Shown here: positions 1-12,422 of the stretch, one piece after another
Layout of the letters: each line of letters begins with the position of its first letter
Numbering within the stretch: the stretch's first letter is position 1
Source of the DNA: Octopus vulgaris
Lineage: Eukaryota
Direction of reading: 5' to 3'
Assembly: GCA_951406725.2 (NCBI GenBank)
Contig: OX597822.1
Location: 19,220,001 to 19,284,000, forward strand
Length of the DNA: 64,000 bases
The notes under the pieces: generated by a model
What the model was told of the DNA's origin: nothing
Seen by the model: the letters and a program-made list of their open reading frames with translations, nothing else
Databases searched by the model: none
Translations under genes and position numbers: made by a program

Positions 1-996
1 ATTGTTATCAATCTCTGCATTTAGTCTTCTAATTATTTATTTATTTGCCTATTTAAGTGTGGATGTTTACATACATATCAAGTCATCTAATTTGTTATCT
101 ATTTATTTTTTACTTATTTACTTATACTAGGGTAGTTTTATACATACATATCTATCATTTATTTTTATTTAAATTTTAATAATATATGTATACATATATA
201 CTGGTTTGTACTTATAATATGTGTATAACCGTATTTATTCCTTCGTGTTTATTCCTTCTTATTTATTTTATCGCATTTTATCTTAAGTATTTATAATATA
301 AATTTTTAAAAATTTCTGTGATGTTCTCATAAGCGTTTACATTAGTACTTCCCCTTCTATTTTTTAATACCTAAACTGGTATATTATGGCATTAAATTTA
401 TTAAGTAAATATGTGATTTATTTATAATATATAAATTAATATATATTTTATATTTTTTATTTTATATTTTAGCGTACTTGGAATCATAACAAACTTACGA
501 TAAATCTAACAACCGTATGTTTACTATGCAACAAACCGGTGTTATAAATTTTAAGTTACCCATGAAATAATTATCTGACTTAGTAACATACTGATATTTA
601 AAAATATATTTATATCTAAATTAAATATTTTATGAAAGGCATGGATGGTTCTTTTTCGTTATTTGAAGCACAGTTATAATTTTGTAGGACTAAATGGTAG
701 CATAGTTGCTTCCCTTTTTGTTTATCTATGTGCTAGTTGTTGCTTGTGATTATGTATGCGTATAAGTGTATGTATATACATATAACTATGTGTGTATGTG
801 CGATTGATCTGTAGATGCGTGTGTGAATATTGGCGTTCCTTGACTAACCAACCGTATAATTTTCTTTTGTGATTTAAATTTCAAACCAATAGCCAATCGA
901 ATTAATCTAAATTTTCTTTACCTAGTGGTCAGCATTTCTAAACTCATAGTTATTTCGTTCTTGAAAGGATGGACTTTGTGCAAACTTAACTGTATC

Positions 997-1042
<46 letters not shown>

Positions 1043-1381
1043 AGTAATTTTTATTAACTTTTATAGCTTTAGAATTTTATGAACTGAACCATGGTTTTAA
1101 TTATTATTTTTCATCTCCCTATGTGTTAGGTTTTTTTTTAAAAAAAATATTAGCCAAATATGTATAATATCGGTACTTATTAATATTAGAATATACACTG
1201 ATATATATTTTGTTTTATTTTGTTCTGTTTACCTTCCTTTATTGTACCAATGTGTATTATATTATATAAGTGTAGCATTATGATGTATAAGTTTTTATAT
1301 TTTACATTTTTATATTTTTATATTTATATGTATATGATTATATAATATTTTTCACAATTATAACAAATTTAATTTAATTCT

Positions 1382-1485
1382 CTGAAGAGGCCGTGGGGCA
1401 TCCTTGTTAATGCCTCATTTATACCTGCCTTTATGGCTTATAGGTTAAATGAGGTATGACTGCCCTCACTGCCGAAACAGCTGTC
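1382..1485 (+). ncRNA. Type I hammerhead ribozyme motif with a long stem II (Penelope-like element type)
   Basis: CTGAAGA (1382-1388), GGC...GCC closing stem II, GAAAC-AGCT-GTC (1474-1485). Stem III contains the palindrome ACAGCTGT. Stem I is weak in this copy (CT/AG plus imperfect distal pairs). Confidence 0.75.
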
Positions 1486-1841
1486 AGTTTTGATTAATTG
1501 CATATTATATTTGAAATTTTTTACTTATATCTCTTTATCTTTTTACTATTAATGTATATCTCTTTTTGTATAATGCCTCTACTCATATGTAATGGTGTAT
1601 TAAAGTATTGATTGGGTATCATCGGATAGTTGATGTTTTATTGATTTAAGTATGTTTCTCCATTCTCTAATTTTGTAGTATTAATTTACGGTAATATTAT
1701 TACCTTTACCCATATAATACATTTGATGAACTGATTGTTTGACAATTTTTAACATCTATGTATTAATCTTGTTGGGTACCTATCTGGCAGTATATTGGAT
1801 ATATATTATCCCATGGTGGGTTGAATTTTCAACCCCTATCT

Positions 1842-1889
<48 letters not shown>

Positions 1890-1959
1890 ATTTCGTAGAC
1901 AGGAACTGAAACAAATCAATCATATATATATATGTATGTATATATGTAAGTGTATGTGT

Positions 1960-4640
1960 CTTGGTATTGGCAACATGAATGACAATGACCAGAAACTACT
2001 TGAATTTTGCTATCATAACCACCTGTGCATCACTAACACATTCTTTGCCAACAAAACATCCCACAAGGCATCTTGGAGACATCCAAGATCTCACCACTGG
2101 CATCAGCTCGATTTCATCATTACACGAAGATCCTTTCTGAATTCTGTTCAACTGACCCGTAGTTACCACAGCGCAGATTGTGACACAGATCATTCATTAA
2201 TTAGAAGCAGGGTGAGGATTCTGCCTAAAAAGGTCCATCACTCCAAGAAAATGGGCTGACCACACATTAACACTGCCAGAACTTCTGACCCTACACAGCG
2301 ACAATACTTGCTGTTTCTATCAAAGTTGCCCTCAGTAGCTGCCCAACCTCCTCTGCTGAAAGTAGGTGGAATTATATCAGGGAAGCTTTGTATACCACAT
2401 CAATAGATACTTTCGGCATGAGAGAAAGGCAAAACCCAGATTTTGTTCAGTGCTGGGCTCTCAGAGCTGGAAACAGTTATCAAAGCAAAGCGTGCAGCTC
2501 TGATGCAATACAAGAGTGATTCTTCTACAAAGTCACTCGAAGAACTCAGAAAGGCAAGAAATAAAACCCAACTGACTGGCAGACACTGTGCAAATAGGTA
2601 TTGGCAGGAAATCTGTCAGAGTATCCAGTCAGCTGCTGACAGTGGTGACACCTGTGGGATGTATGCCGGTTTGAAGAAGGCCCTCGGTCCATCCGCAACC
2701 AAGTCAGCCCTTCTGAAATCAACTACTGGAGATCTCATCAAGGACCAAAGCAAGCAAATGGATAGATGGGTGGAGTACTACCAGGATCTGTACTCACGGG
2801 GGACCACAGTAGCTGCGGCTGCAATCAAGAGTGTCAAGATCTTGCCAGTCATGTGTGAACTTGACAGTCTGTCATCTATAGCAGAGCTCACCAAGGCTAT
2901 TGAATCCCTAGCAAGTGACAAGGCTCCGGGAAAAGACGACATCCCCTTAGAAATCATCAAAGCCAGCAAAAACACCATCCTGCTTCAGCACCTTCATGAG
3001 CTTCTGTGTCGGTGCTGGGAAGAGAGTACAGTCCCTCAGGATATGCAGGATGCTAACATCATTACGCTTTACAAAAACAAAGGTGACCGTGGTGATTGTA
3101 ACAATTACCGTGGAATATCTCTTCTAAGCACTGTTGGAAAGGACTTTGCTCACATTATCCTGTCCAGGCTACAACTGCTTGCTTCTCGAATTTATCCAGA
3201 ATCGCAGTGTGGCTTTAGAAGAAGTAGATCAACTATTGACATGATATTCTCCATACACCAACTTCAGGAGAAGTCCAGAGAGCAGAAAATGCCATTATAT
3301 ATGACCTTCATTGATCGGACAAAGGCCTTTGACTTGGTAAGTAGAAAAGGCCTCTTCATTCTGCTCCAAAAAATCAGATGTCCACCAAAGCTGCTGAGGA
3401 TCATCACATCTTTCCAGCACAGTGGTTCAGCATCAACTGCCTTCCAAATAAAAAATGGGGTAAAGCAAGGTTATGTCCTTGCTCCTACATTATTTGGCAT
3501 CTTCTCGCTGCTGCTGTCACATGCCTTTAAGACATCAGATGATGGAGTGTTTCTGCATGGTAGATGTGATGGGAAACTGTTCAATCTCTCGCGTCTGTGT
3601 ACCAAGACCAAAATCAGAAGTGTCCTGATCAAGGAGATGCTATTTGCTGATGATGCCGCTCTGGTATCACACACAGAAGAAGCCCTACAAAGGCTCATCA
3701 ACTGTTTTGAGCAAGCATGTAGCAACTTTGGCTTAGTTATCAGCCTCAAGAAGACCAACATCATGGGTCAGGCTACATCGGACATCCCAAACATACATAT
3801 TGGAGACCACAGACTACAGGAGGTGGAGAAGTTTATCTATCTTGGCTCTACCGTCACCTACAACCTATCCCTTGATGCTGAGCTCAATATACACATTGGC
3901 AAGGCAGCTGCTGTGATGGCCCAACTCTCCAAACGGGCATGGGACAACAATAAGCTGACCAAGACTACAAAAATGAAGATTTACCAGGCATGTGTACTTA
4001 GCACTCTACTGTATGGAAGTGAGACTTGGACGCCATACGATGTCATACGTCGCCTAAATATCTTTCACCTGCACTGCCTCCGGAAAATCTTTCGCATCAA
4101 ATGGCAGAATCATGTCCCCAAGCAAGCAGGAATACCAAGCATGTTTGCACTCCTCACACAAAGACGTATGAGATGGCTTGGACATGTTAGTCATATGGAA
4201 GATGGCAGAATCCCCAAGGACATACTCTACGGAGAGCTTGCTAGGGGCACTAGGTCTGTGGGAAGACCGTTCTTACGATACAAGGATGTTTGCAAAAGGG
4301 ACATGAATGCCTGCAACATCAATATTACCAACTGGGAAGCAGTTGCCAGCAACCGTGGAGATTGGCGACGTACAGTAAAAGAGGGAACACAAAGGAATGA
4401 CATAGAGAGAGAGGAGAAATGGAAAGACAAGAAAAGACGTCAACAAGAAACTATGACATTACAACCAGCCAGGCAAAGTCTTCGCTACATTTGCGGCACC
4501 TGCCAGAGGGAGTGTTTGTCCAGGATAGGACTACACAGCCACAGCATGAGATGTATTAGGACATGAAATGTAAAAGCCTGACTAGATTATTTTATGCGCA
4601 ACTCCATTGTCTCCCGAGACAAAAAGGATGCCAACAACAA
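1960..4640 (+). mobile_element. RTE-clade (BovB-like) non-LTR retrotransposon, 5'-truncated and disrupted
   Basis: APE endonuclease C-terminus (HWHQLDFII, CDTDHSL) in ORF 1936-2259. RT in ORF 2443-4566 (NYRGISLLS, QCGFR, KAFD, GVKQG, LFADD) with a C-terminal CxxC...HxH zinc finger. Short (CAA)n tail at ~4632-4640. Stop and frameshift between the two ORFs. Confidence 0.93.
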
Positions 4641-4944
4641 TCTATATGGATTTCGTAGACAGGAACTGAAACAAATCAATTGTATATATATGTATGTATA
4701 TATGTAAGTGTATGTGTGTGTCTTTGTCTCTGTGTTTCGCCCTCATCACTGCTTCACAACTGCTGTTCATTTATTTACATCCACATAACTTACTGGTTTC
4801 ACAAGAACAAATAGAATAAGTACTAGGCTTATCAACATAAAAAAGCACTAGGCTGTGTCTCATATTTTTGTTTGCCCACTCGGTTGTATCTATCAATTTA
4901 TCTTTGTATGTGTGTGTGTGTGTGTATTTATATATATATTTATA

Positions 4945-6232
4945 TCAGCCTAATGGGAGCCTTAACTCCCAAATTTTAGTCATTTCTTTTATGATCCAAA
5001 ACTAGGTCAAAAGTACTGAATGGATCTTTATGAAATTTGGAAATTATAGTCTATGCATAAGGGCCATAACCCCCATGACAATTCATATATTTTTGCTGTT
5101 AATGAAATTTTAACCATAGATATTAGACACAAATGAAGTAATATTCATAAAATTTCATCTTCTTACAAAGTTAGAAAGACCCCGCCATGGAGACTTAACA
5201 CCCACAATTTTGTCATTTTATTTAAGCAAAAACGAATAGAGTTGTGCTCTTGAAAGCTGTAGGGTTACCCAAGCATAAAAGTTGGGCATTTTTTCTAATT
5301 CAATGGTACAACAGTTTGTGATTTCTGCAATGTGGTGCATAAATTGTCAAGTAAATGAGAGGCATCTTTGCCTCCATTGATTCAGTTGCAAAGTGTCGAG
5401 TAAAGTTATTTGATTGCAGACCTCCTTTCAGTCTTTTTATTATCACTCGGTCACACAGTCCCCAGACGGTAACATTGATTTCAAGGCCTTCCCTGATGAG
5501 TGGCTGGTTATTCAAAGACATTTATAGATTTTAAATTTATTCTGTCCAGTTAAGTATCAGTATAGTGGTCATTTGCAAACTCCAGAGGTGACACTTTAAT
5601 TTCTCCTTAGCCCTCATGTCACACAGTTGTTAATGTTGATTTCAGTTGGATCACACCCTTCCAATTGCTATAGATTCGTAATGCATCTTACGGCTGCGCC
5701 TGTCACCTGGATGGTGAGGAATCCTACATTGGGAGTGGTAACGACTAGGGTAGGGTAACTGACTGCTTATTGTAATCATTCGTCTTTTGGTTTCCAGTAG
5801 CTTTGCTCTCTTTTACAAACCCAGGGAACATATATTTCCTATTTCAAAGAAATTCAAACAATAGATATAAGACTAAAGTTAAAAAGATTTTCAACAATTC
5901 AACTTCTCTGGTTGACATTAAGATGCCCACCCCCAACAGGGGGCCTTAACTCTCACATTTTAGAGCTCTATGACCTTCATTTTTCAGGAGCAAAATCTTT
6001 TTAACAGGTTCAATAAGACTGGAATTTTAGAATATGCGCATAAAAATCAGTAGTATGGGATACATGTGGCACGATTACAAATTTTTTTAGGGTGTGTAAA
6101 GAGGGAAATAACCCTCATCTGCAATTTTGATGAAATTGGAAACATAGATATTCCAGTTCATTACAGAAAATATAACAGAAAAGTCTAATTCTTCAATTGA
6201 ATGTAACCGGGCAACGCCAGGTATCTCTGCTA

Positions 6233-6233
<1 letters not shown>
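4945..6233 (+). mobile_element. Non-autonomous Helitron-like element (5' boundary approximate)
   Basis: The 3' end CCGGGCAACGCCAGG...TCTCTGCTAG|T fits a GC-rich subterminal hairpin followed by CTAG. Internal sub-repeat GG(A/G)(G/-)(C/A)CTTAAC...ATTTT at ~4956, ~5190 and ~5940. Confidence 0.5.
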
Positions 6234-6267
<34 letters not shown>

Positions 6268-6270
<3 letters not shown>

Positions 6271-7470
6271 TGTGCATAAGATATTTGAGGATAGATTTAT
6301 ATTTATAACTTTATTTATCAAAAAATACTCTGAAGATAAAAATTAACCTTTTCTATAAAGTTATTCAATAAAGCCACCTTCAGCTTCAACAACTGCTTCT
6401 ATATGAGATCTAAATCATATACATGCTCGAATCAAGTGGTCCTGGTTCATTTTGGACATTACTCTGACTATGGCAGCTTTCATAGAATCTTTGGTGTTAT
6501 GAACGTGTTCATTGGTCTTTCTCTCAACAACGCTCCACTTGTAATAGTCCAATGGATTGAGATCTGGGGAATTAAGAGGCCGAATGTTAGGGGCCATATG
6601 ATCATGAAAATTTTCAGCCATCCATTCCTGTTACTTGAGCCATGTGTGGTAGTGCAGAGTCTTAGTGAAATACATATGGCCTTCCATTGCATACACTGTC
6701 TATCCAGGACTTAACAATTGTTTCCAGGACCTTAATGTAGGCGACAGAGTTAACTCTAAGGCCTTAAGGAATAGTAAGGAGGCATCATATGTCCTTCATT
6801 GCCGACAACCCCTAAAACCATGACAGGTGCAGGAAATTTTGTATGCGTAACACTTGGAACTTCAGAAGGGTCTGCACATACCATCTGTCATTTTTTCTGT
6901 TAACTTTTTGATCTTGGTCGAAGTTTTTCTCGTTTGAGAAAAACCAAATTAAATCTTCTTCTGCTGGATTTTTCAGTTTAAGAGTTTTTAAATCTGATGT
7001 GGTGATTTTCTTTTGCTTTTTCGGACAAATTGACCTTTCTTCATCATATAAGACTTATATCTGGTGTCTTTGTGGACAACATTTCTGACTGTTCCTTCTG
7101 ACACATGGAGATCTTTTGCAATTGACCTCGTGGACTTTCTGGGACTGTAAACAATGGTCTGTTGAACTTGCTGGATGAATTCAGGTGTTCTGATGATTTC
7201 AGAGCATTTAGAATGCTTTTTATGCTTTGATACTGGTGATACATTTCCATCTTCAGTCTCTAGCTCCTTACAAACTTTGTAGACAAAAGACCTGGCAACT
7301 TTTAAAAATCGAGATATTTCTAAATCGCTTTGCTCAACCTTTATAACCACAATTCTTGAGTAAGCTGAGGATCTGCCATTATTAGTTTCTGAAACAAAGA
7401 TTATATAGAGTTAACAAAAAATGCAGCAATGACCCAAAAAAGGTTTTCCTCAAATACCTTATGCACCTTG
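6268..7470 (-). mobile_element. Tc1/mariner superfamily, DD37D (maT) transposon with a decayed transposase
   Basis: TIRs CAGTGTGCATAAGATATTTGAGGA / TCCTCAAATACCTTATGCACCTTG, flanked by TA. Minus-strand fragments give an HTH region (ORF 6988-7350), WFFSNEK, and DSALPH...SPDLNPLD. After correcting one frameshift I count 37 residues between the second and third Asp. Confidence 0.9.
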
Positions 7471-7677
7471 TATATATAAAGTCTCTCATCTACCATGATA
7501 ATAAATCGAGTGTGTTGTGAATACATTCGTCGTAAAGAAGAAGCTGTTCTCCTGTAAAGAACACAACAGCGATAATCATATTTTCATTCAGGTCTACCGG
7601 AATGTATTAAGAATAAATTGTTTCGATTCTCGCTGTTCTCGCTACAAACAATGATTTATTATGATAACGTTTACTGT

Positions 7678-7995
7678 GAAGGCGCATGGCTCAGTAGTTA
7701 GAGCGTCGGGCTTACAATCGTGCGGTTGTAAGTTCGATTCCTAAACCGGGCTGTGTGTTGTGTTCTTAAACAAGACACTTTGTTTCACATTGCTCCAGTT
7801 CACTCAATTACAGAAAGAAGTCGCTACGTCTCTAGTGCCAAGCTGTATTTGCCTTTGCCTTGAATAACATCGGTGGGAAGGCTAGTATTCATAGGCGACT
7901 GCTGGTTTTCCACAAACAACCTTGCCCAGACTTAAGCCTCGGAGGGGAACTTTCTAGGTATATTCCCATAGGTATTTGTGACCGAAGGCGGTCTT
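7678..7995 (+). mobile_element. tRNA-derived SINE
   Basis: A box TGGCTCAGTAGTTAG and B box GTTCGATTCC; near-identical copy at 8774-9090. Confidence 0.8.
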
Positions 7996-8160
7996 AAATA
8001 ATAATATCGTCTATTGGTGCACATTATTGTACATTGGCAGAACTCTAACTTGACTTCTTTTTTTTTTTTTTTGAATGGAAGAAGTCATGTCCATTGTGAT
8101 ACTGATGCGAATTCTCTTATCACTAGTTTACCAAGTAGAGAGAAGTCAATGAGGTTGTAT

Positions 8161-8497
8161 GGAATGGGAAGCACTCCGTCGGTTACGACGATGAGGGTTC
8201 CGGTTGATCCGATCAACGGAACAGCCTGCTCGTGAAATTAACGTGTAAGTGGCTGAGCACTCCACAGACATGTGTACCCTTAATGTAGTTCTCAGGGATA
8301 TTCAGCGTGACACAGAGAGTGACAAGGTCAGCCCTTTGAAATACAGGTACAACAGAAACAGGAAGTAAGAGTGAGAGAAAGTTGTGGTGAAAGAGTACAG
8401 CAGGGATCACCACCATCCCCTGCCAGAGCCTCGTGGAGCTTTAGGTGTTTTCGCTCAATAAACATTCACAACGCCCAGTCTGGGAATCGAAACCGCG
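8161..8497 (-). mobile_element. 5'-truncated tRNA-derived SINE with a 14 bp target-site duplication
   Basis: CAATGAGGTTGTAT occurs at 8147-8160 and 8498-8511. B-box-like GGTTTCGATTCCC at the element 5' end on the minus strand. Confidence 0.8.
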
Positions 8498-8773
8498 CAA
8501 TGAGGTTGTATAATAATACCTAAACATACTTTGTGTTGCCTCCTGAGATCAGTTTAAATTAATATTAGTCATTGAGCAAATGTTTTTGTCTCTTCATCAC
8601 GTAATTATTATTGATTTAATTAATTTCGTCATATTAATTATGAAGACTCTAACTCAGTGATTCTCAACCATGTGTTGCTTGTGGATTCCTTAGATTCTTA
8701 CCTTACTTCTACTAGGCTTCCTTCGCCATTCGATGTAAATTCAAAAAATCCTACTGTATCTTTTTTCTTTTGT

Positions 8774-9090
8774 GAAGGCGCATGGCTCAGTGGTTAGAGC
8801 GTCGGGCTTACAATCATGAGATAGTGAGTTGGATTCCCGAACCAGGCTGTGCACTGTGTTCTTGAGCAAGACACTTTATTTCACATTGCTCCAGTTCACT
8901 CAACTGTAGAAATGAATTGCGACGTCAGTAGTGCCAAGATGTATCAGACATTGCCAACATTGGTGGCATGGAGAGGGGAGACTGGTATGCATGGGTGACT
9001 GCTGGTCTTCCATAAATAACCTTGCCCAGATTTGAGCCTCAGAAGGGAACTTTCTAGATGCAATACCATGATTATTCATGACTGAAGATC
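8774..9090 (+). mobile_element. tRNA-derived SINE, apparently nested in a hAT-like MITE (about 8655-9248)
   Basis: Same family as 7678-7995. Outer termini CAGTGATTCTC / TAGAACCACTG; no clear 8 bp TSD. Confidence 0.7.
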
Positions 9091-10129
9091 TTATAACTGC
9101 ATTTTTATAATTAAACATCATTAGGAATTATATAAAAAAAAAAATTTGTTGAAATATTTCATGTATTGTAGAAGTATTAACAGTTTATTGCAGATAAACT
9201 TTAACGGCAAAATCTTATATGGACCCCCTAAAGGTCATAGAACCACTGCAATTTTGCTTAGGGATATAAAGTATTTATCGTCTCTTTAGGTGCAGCCGCA
9301 CTGTAAAATTGACAACTTCATTTCTTCTTGTGAAACTCCACAACTCAGCATCAAACCAAAATTCTTCAATCGTGTCGGTCGTTCACTGGACTGGATCAGT
9401 CGTTCAGATTGTGATGGAATGTCAGGCCATGTGCAGCAATTCCCTTCTCTGTTAATTTCATCATGCACTAGTATCGAACAGGATCAATAACTCATACAGA
9501 ATTATTATCGATGTACAAACATTGGCACCTTTACTAAAAGACTCTAAAACCAAGCCGAGGATTGCTCATTAAAACAAAAGATATTCTTATTCTTTTCAAT
9601 ATTGCAACATATTTGCAGTGAAACTATCGAAATTGATTTCGAGTAATCCTAAACTTACAAGATTCAAGTGAAAGGGAATAACTTCGTAAAGGGAAATAAT
9701 TCTTGCCCGATTTGATTTTTTTTTTTTCCTCGATATATTTTTCTAAACCCCGTCTTCGATTTGTGAGAAAACGATAACTTGAATCCTGCATTTAATTATT
9801 ACTTTATAGGCTTGCTTGTTGTCTTCTTTTTTTGAGGTGTTTCACTCAGAAGGTAAAGAGGACCCTACAACATACCTAATGCCCGACAGGTGTTCGTTGA
9901 TGGCATTACACACAAAAAGCAAAGGACTTTAACACTTTAACGGAGGAATTGAATTTGATGGTTATTCCAGTAATAATGTTAAATAACTACCAAATAAAAC
10001 ACAATTGGTGCTTTCTGCTTCAAGAAACTTGACATGTCTTATTTCTCAACAAAAAAAAAACAGATTGGTGTATAAAACTGCTTTCAGCAGTTAAGAGTTA
10101 CGAAATTTTGAGAGGGATGTAATATGTAA

Positions 10130-10320
10130 TAATGAAATTATTGTATACAGTGCTCAGGTGCACCACAACTTGTCAGACAGTGCATATAAAGCACATGCAG
10201 TAATGTACAAATGTCTGGAAAGCGAACAATGCATGAGTCAGATACATGCTTGTGTGTGTATGGAGGGGAGAAAATCAGGTGTAGTCTTGGCGAATCTCAG
10301 AAAGCATGGAAGTTTTTCCG
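10130..10320 (-). mobile_element. CR1-like LINE 3' end fragment
   Basis: Reverse complement of the 3' part of 26575-27001, including the (ATT)n-type tail. Confidence 0.7.
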
Positions 10321-10659
10321 CAGTAAAAGGGTTAAAGATTATTCAGTAAAAGAAGTTATGATCACTGTTACTGGCACTTTTACAATACAAACGGATTTTT
10401 AACGAAATTCAGTTTTAACCCCTTATAACTTTTTTTTATTTTATGATTTATTATTATTATTTGAATTTTGGGAAAATTCTTGCGAATTTCAAACAATTAT
10501 AGGGAAAAAAATTTTCTTGATTTTTTAAATCCCTAACGGCACTGTCATGCCTTTTGGATGTCAGAAGTGAAAGAAGAAAAATCTGACGTCATTTTGACGT
10601 CACACTTTTTCTCGTCCATCTTCGTTTCTTTCCGTATAATTTATCAAATTAAAAAACGC

Positions 10660-10781
10660 AAAATCAAAAACGCGTGTAAATATATCAAATTAATAAACGC
10701 AAATTATTTAGAATGTAAAAATCAAAAACGCGTGTAAATATATCAAATTAATAAACGCAAATTATTTAGAATGTAAAAATA
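10660..10781. repeat. Tandem duplication, 2 x 58 bp
   Basis: AAAATCAAAAACGCGTGTAAATATATCAAATTAATAAACGCAAATTATTTAGAATGTA is repeated directly. Confidence 0.9.
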
Positions 10782-10822
10782 TTATTTTCAACGGAGAGAT
10801 TTTATGGGTAGAAAAATATTTT

Positions 10823-11000
10823 TTTCTACTCGAGGCACAAGGTCCGAAATTTTGGGGAGAGGGGCCAATCGATAAGATTGACCCCAGTACGCAACTGGTA
10901 CTTCATTTATCAACCCCGAAAGGATGAAAGGCAAAGTCACCCTCGGTAGAATTTGAACTCAGAACGTAAAGACATACGAAATACCACTAAGCATTTAGCG
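10823..11000 (-). mobile_element. Abundant tRNA-derived SINE family
   Basis: Shared core GACCCCGAAAGGATGAAAGGCAAAGTCGACCTCGGCGGAATTTGAACTCAG, where the reverse complement of TTTGAAC is the B box. Other copies at ~25470-25830, 27325-27660, 33450-33630 and 40480-40690. Confidence 0.75.
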
Positions 11001-12383
11001 GAAATTGAAAGAAACCCGATTATCTATCTATCTATCTGTCCATTTGTCAATCAATCAATCTTTCTAACTGCAGTTTCGATTATAAATGATCCATAAAGGA
11101 CCAGCGCATATCAAAGTGAAGTAGGCCACTCATTGACTTGACAGAATCACGTAAAGCCGATAGTTAAGTAAGCCATTACTCTCGCTCATACATACATGCG
11201 TTCGTCTCTGTATTTAGACCTCGCCACTGCTTAACGACTGGTATTGGTTTGTGTACGTCTATGTGTGTATAAAGAGAAACAGACAGATCATAATAAATAC
11301 AAAAGAACATCTCAAACCTTGCTGAACAACGAAGCAATTGCTTGCATTTTCATCTCGAAAATGAAAAGAATTATCATAAGCGACCGTTTTCTTAACTATT
11401 TTGGATTCCTCTTTCTTCAAAGCCATCCATACGCATCTGATTTGGACTTTAGCCAAAGCAAAGTTGTCGCCCCTGAAATCTGTCCCGACAATTTTCTAAC
11501 AAAATACTTTCTAGAAGTTACATCTATTTATCACTTTTCATTTCTTTGCCCAGAAGTTCCCTATGAAAGCTCTACAATACTCCTCTCTCTCCCCCAATCA
11601 CAATTCTTTTATCATGTGTGTAACACAGCAATAACGATTGGCTCTGTTAAATTGCTATTACATACTGCCGCCTGCAATGTAAACACAAATAAACGTGTGT
11701 GTGTATATATAAAATGTCCCAAAATATATATACACGTCAATAGCTGATAATTCACTTCATTTTTATTTTGAGGGGATTTAACCTATTATTAACTTAATGG
11801 TTAAAGCAATCAGCCAGTATCTGAAGGATACAGTTTCAACTCCCATAGCCACATCTGGCAACTTATATCAGTCTTGTAAGTCTTACTCAATCTTTCTCTA
11901 CTCTTCTTACAGCTTTACTACGTTCAAGATTTACTTTCTTGTCCATAAAATACCAACCACATATGACACTTCCAAAGTTTATAAAATGTTATATAAATTG
12001 ATTAAATCCACATGACATTCCAGCAGAAAACTGCTCAGAGAGCAGTGTTTCTGCTAGTTGTATACCAATGACAAAATACCAAGGTATGTCACTTACAACA
12101 ATCAAGCTGTTCAACTTTTGGATTAACACCCAGCTGAGCAAAATCTATCATCAAATATACAGCCCATATACACACACACTTACATGGAACTTTAACTATT
12201 AAACATTGTACATTGTCCAATGCATCATTCCTTTTCCTTAAAACAACTGGCTGTAATTTGAAAGATATTTTGCTTCTATTTCCAGCAAGGCCCTATAGAG
12301 GTTCCTAAGTTGGATCACTTCTAGGTTGTGATTTACCTATCTGAGCATAGATGGTCTTGGCCAGGTTTTAAAATTTCTCTCCC

Positions 12384-12422
<39 letters not shown>

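Noticed and set aside
7678-7750. tRNA gene-like sequence, also at 8774 and 41250-41305
   Set aside because: A and B boxes are present, but there is no proper acceptor stem and the sequence continues into a SINE body found in several copies.
11244-11747. 167 aa plus-strand ORF
   Set aside because: Starts at a non-ATG codon inside a SINE remnant, ends in simple repeat, and has no recognisable motif.
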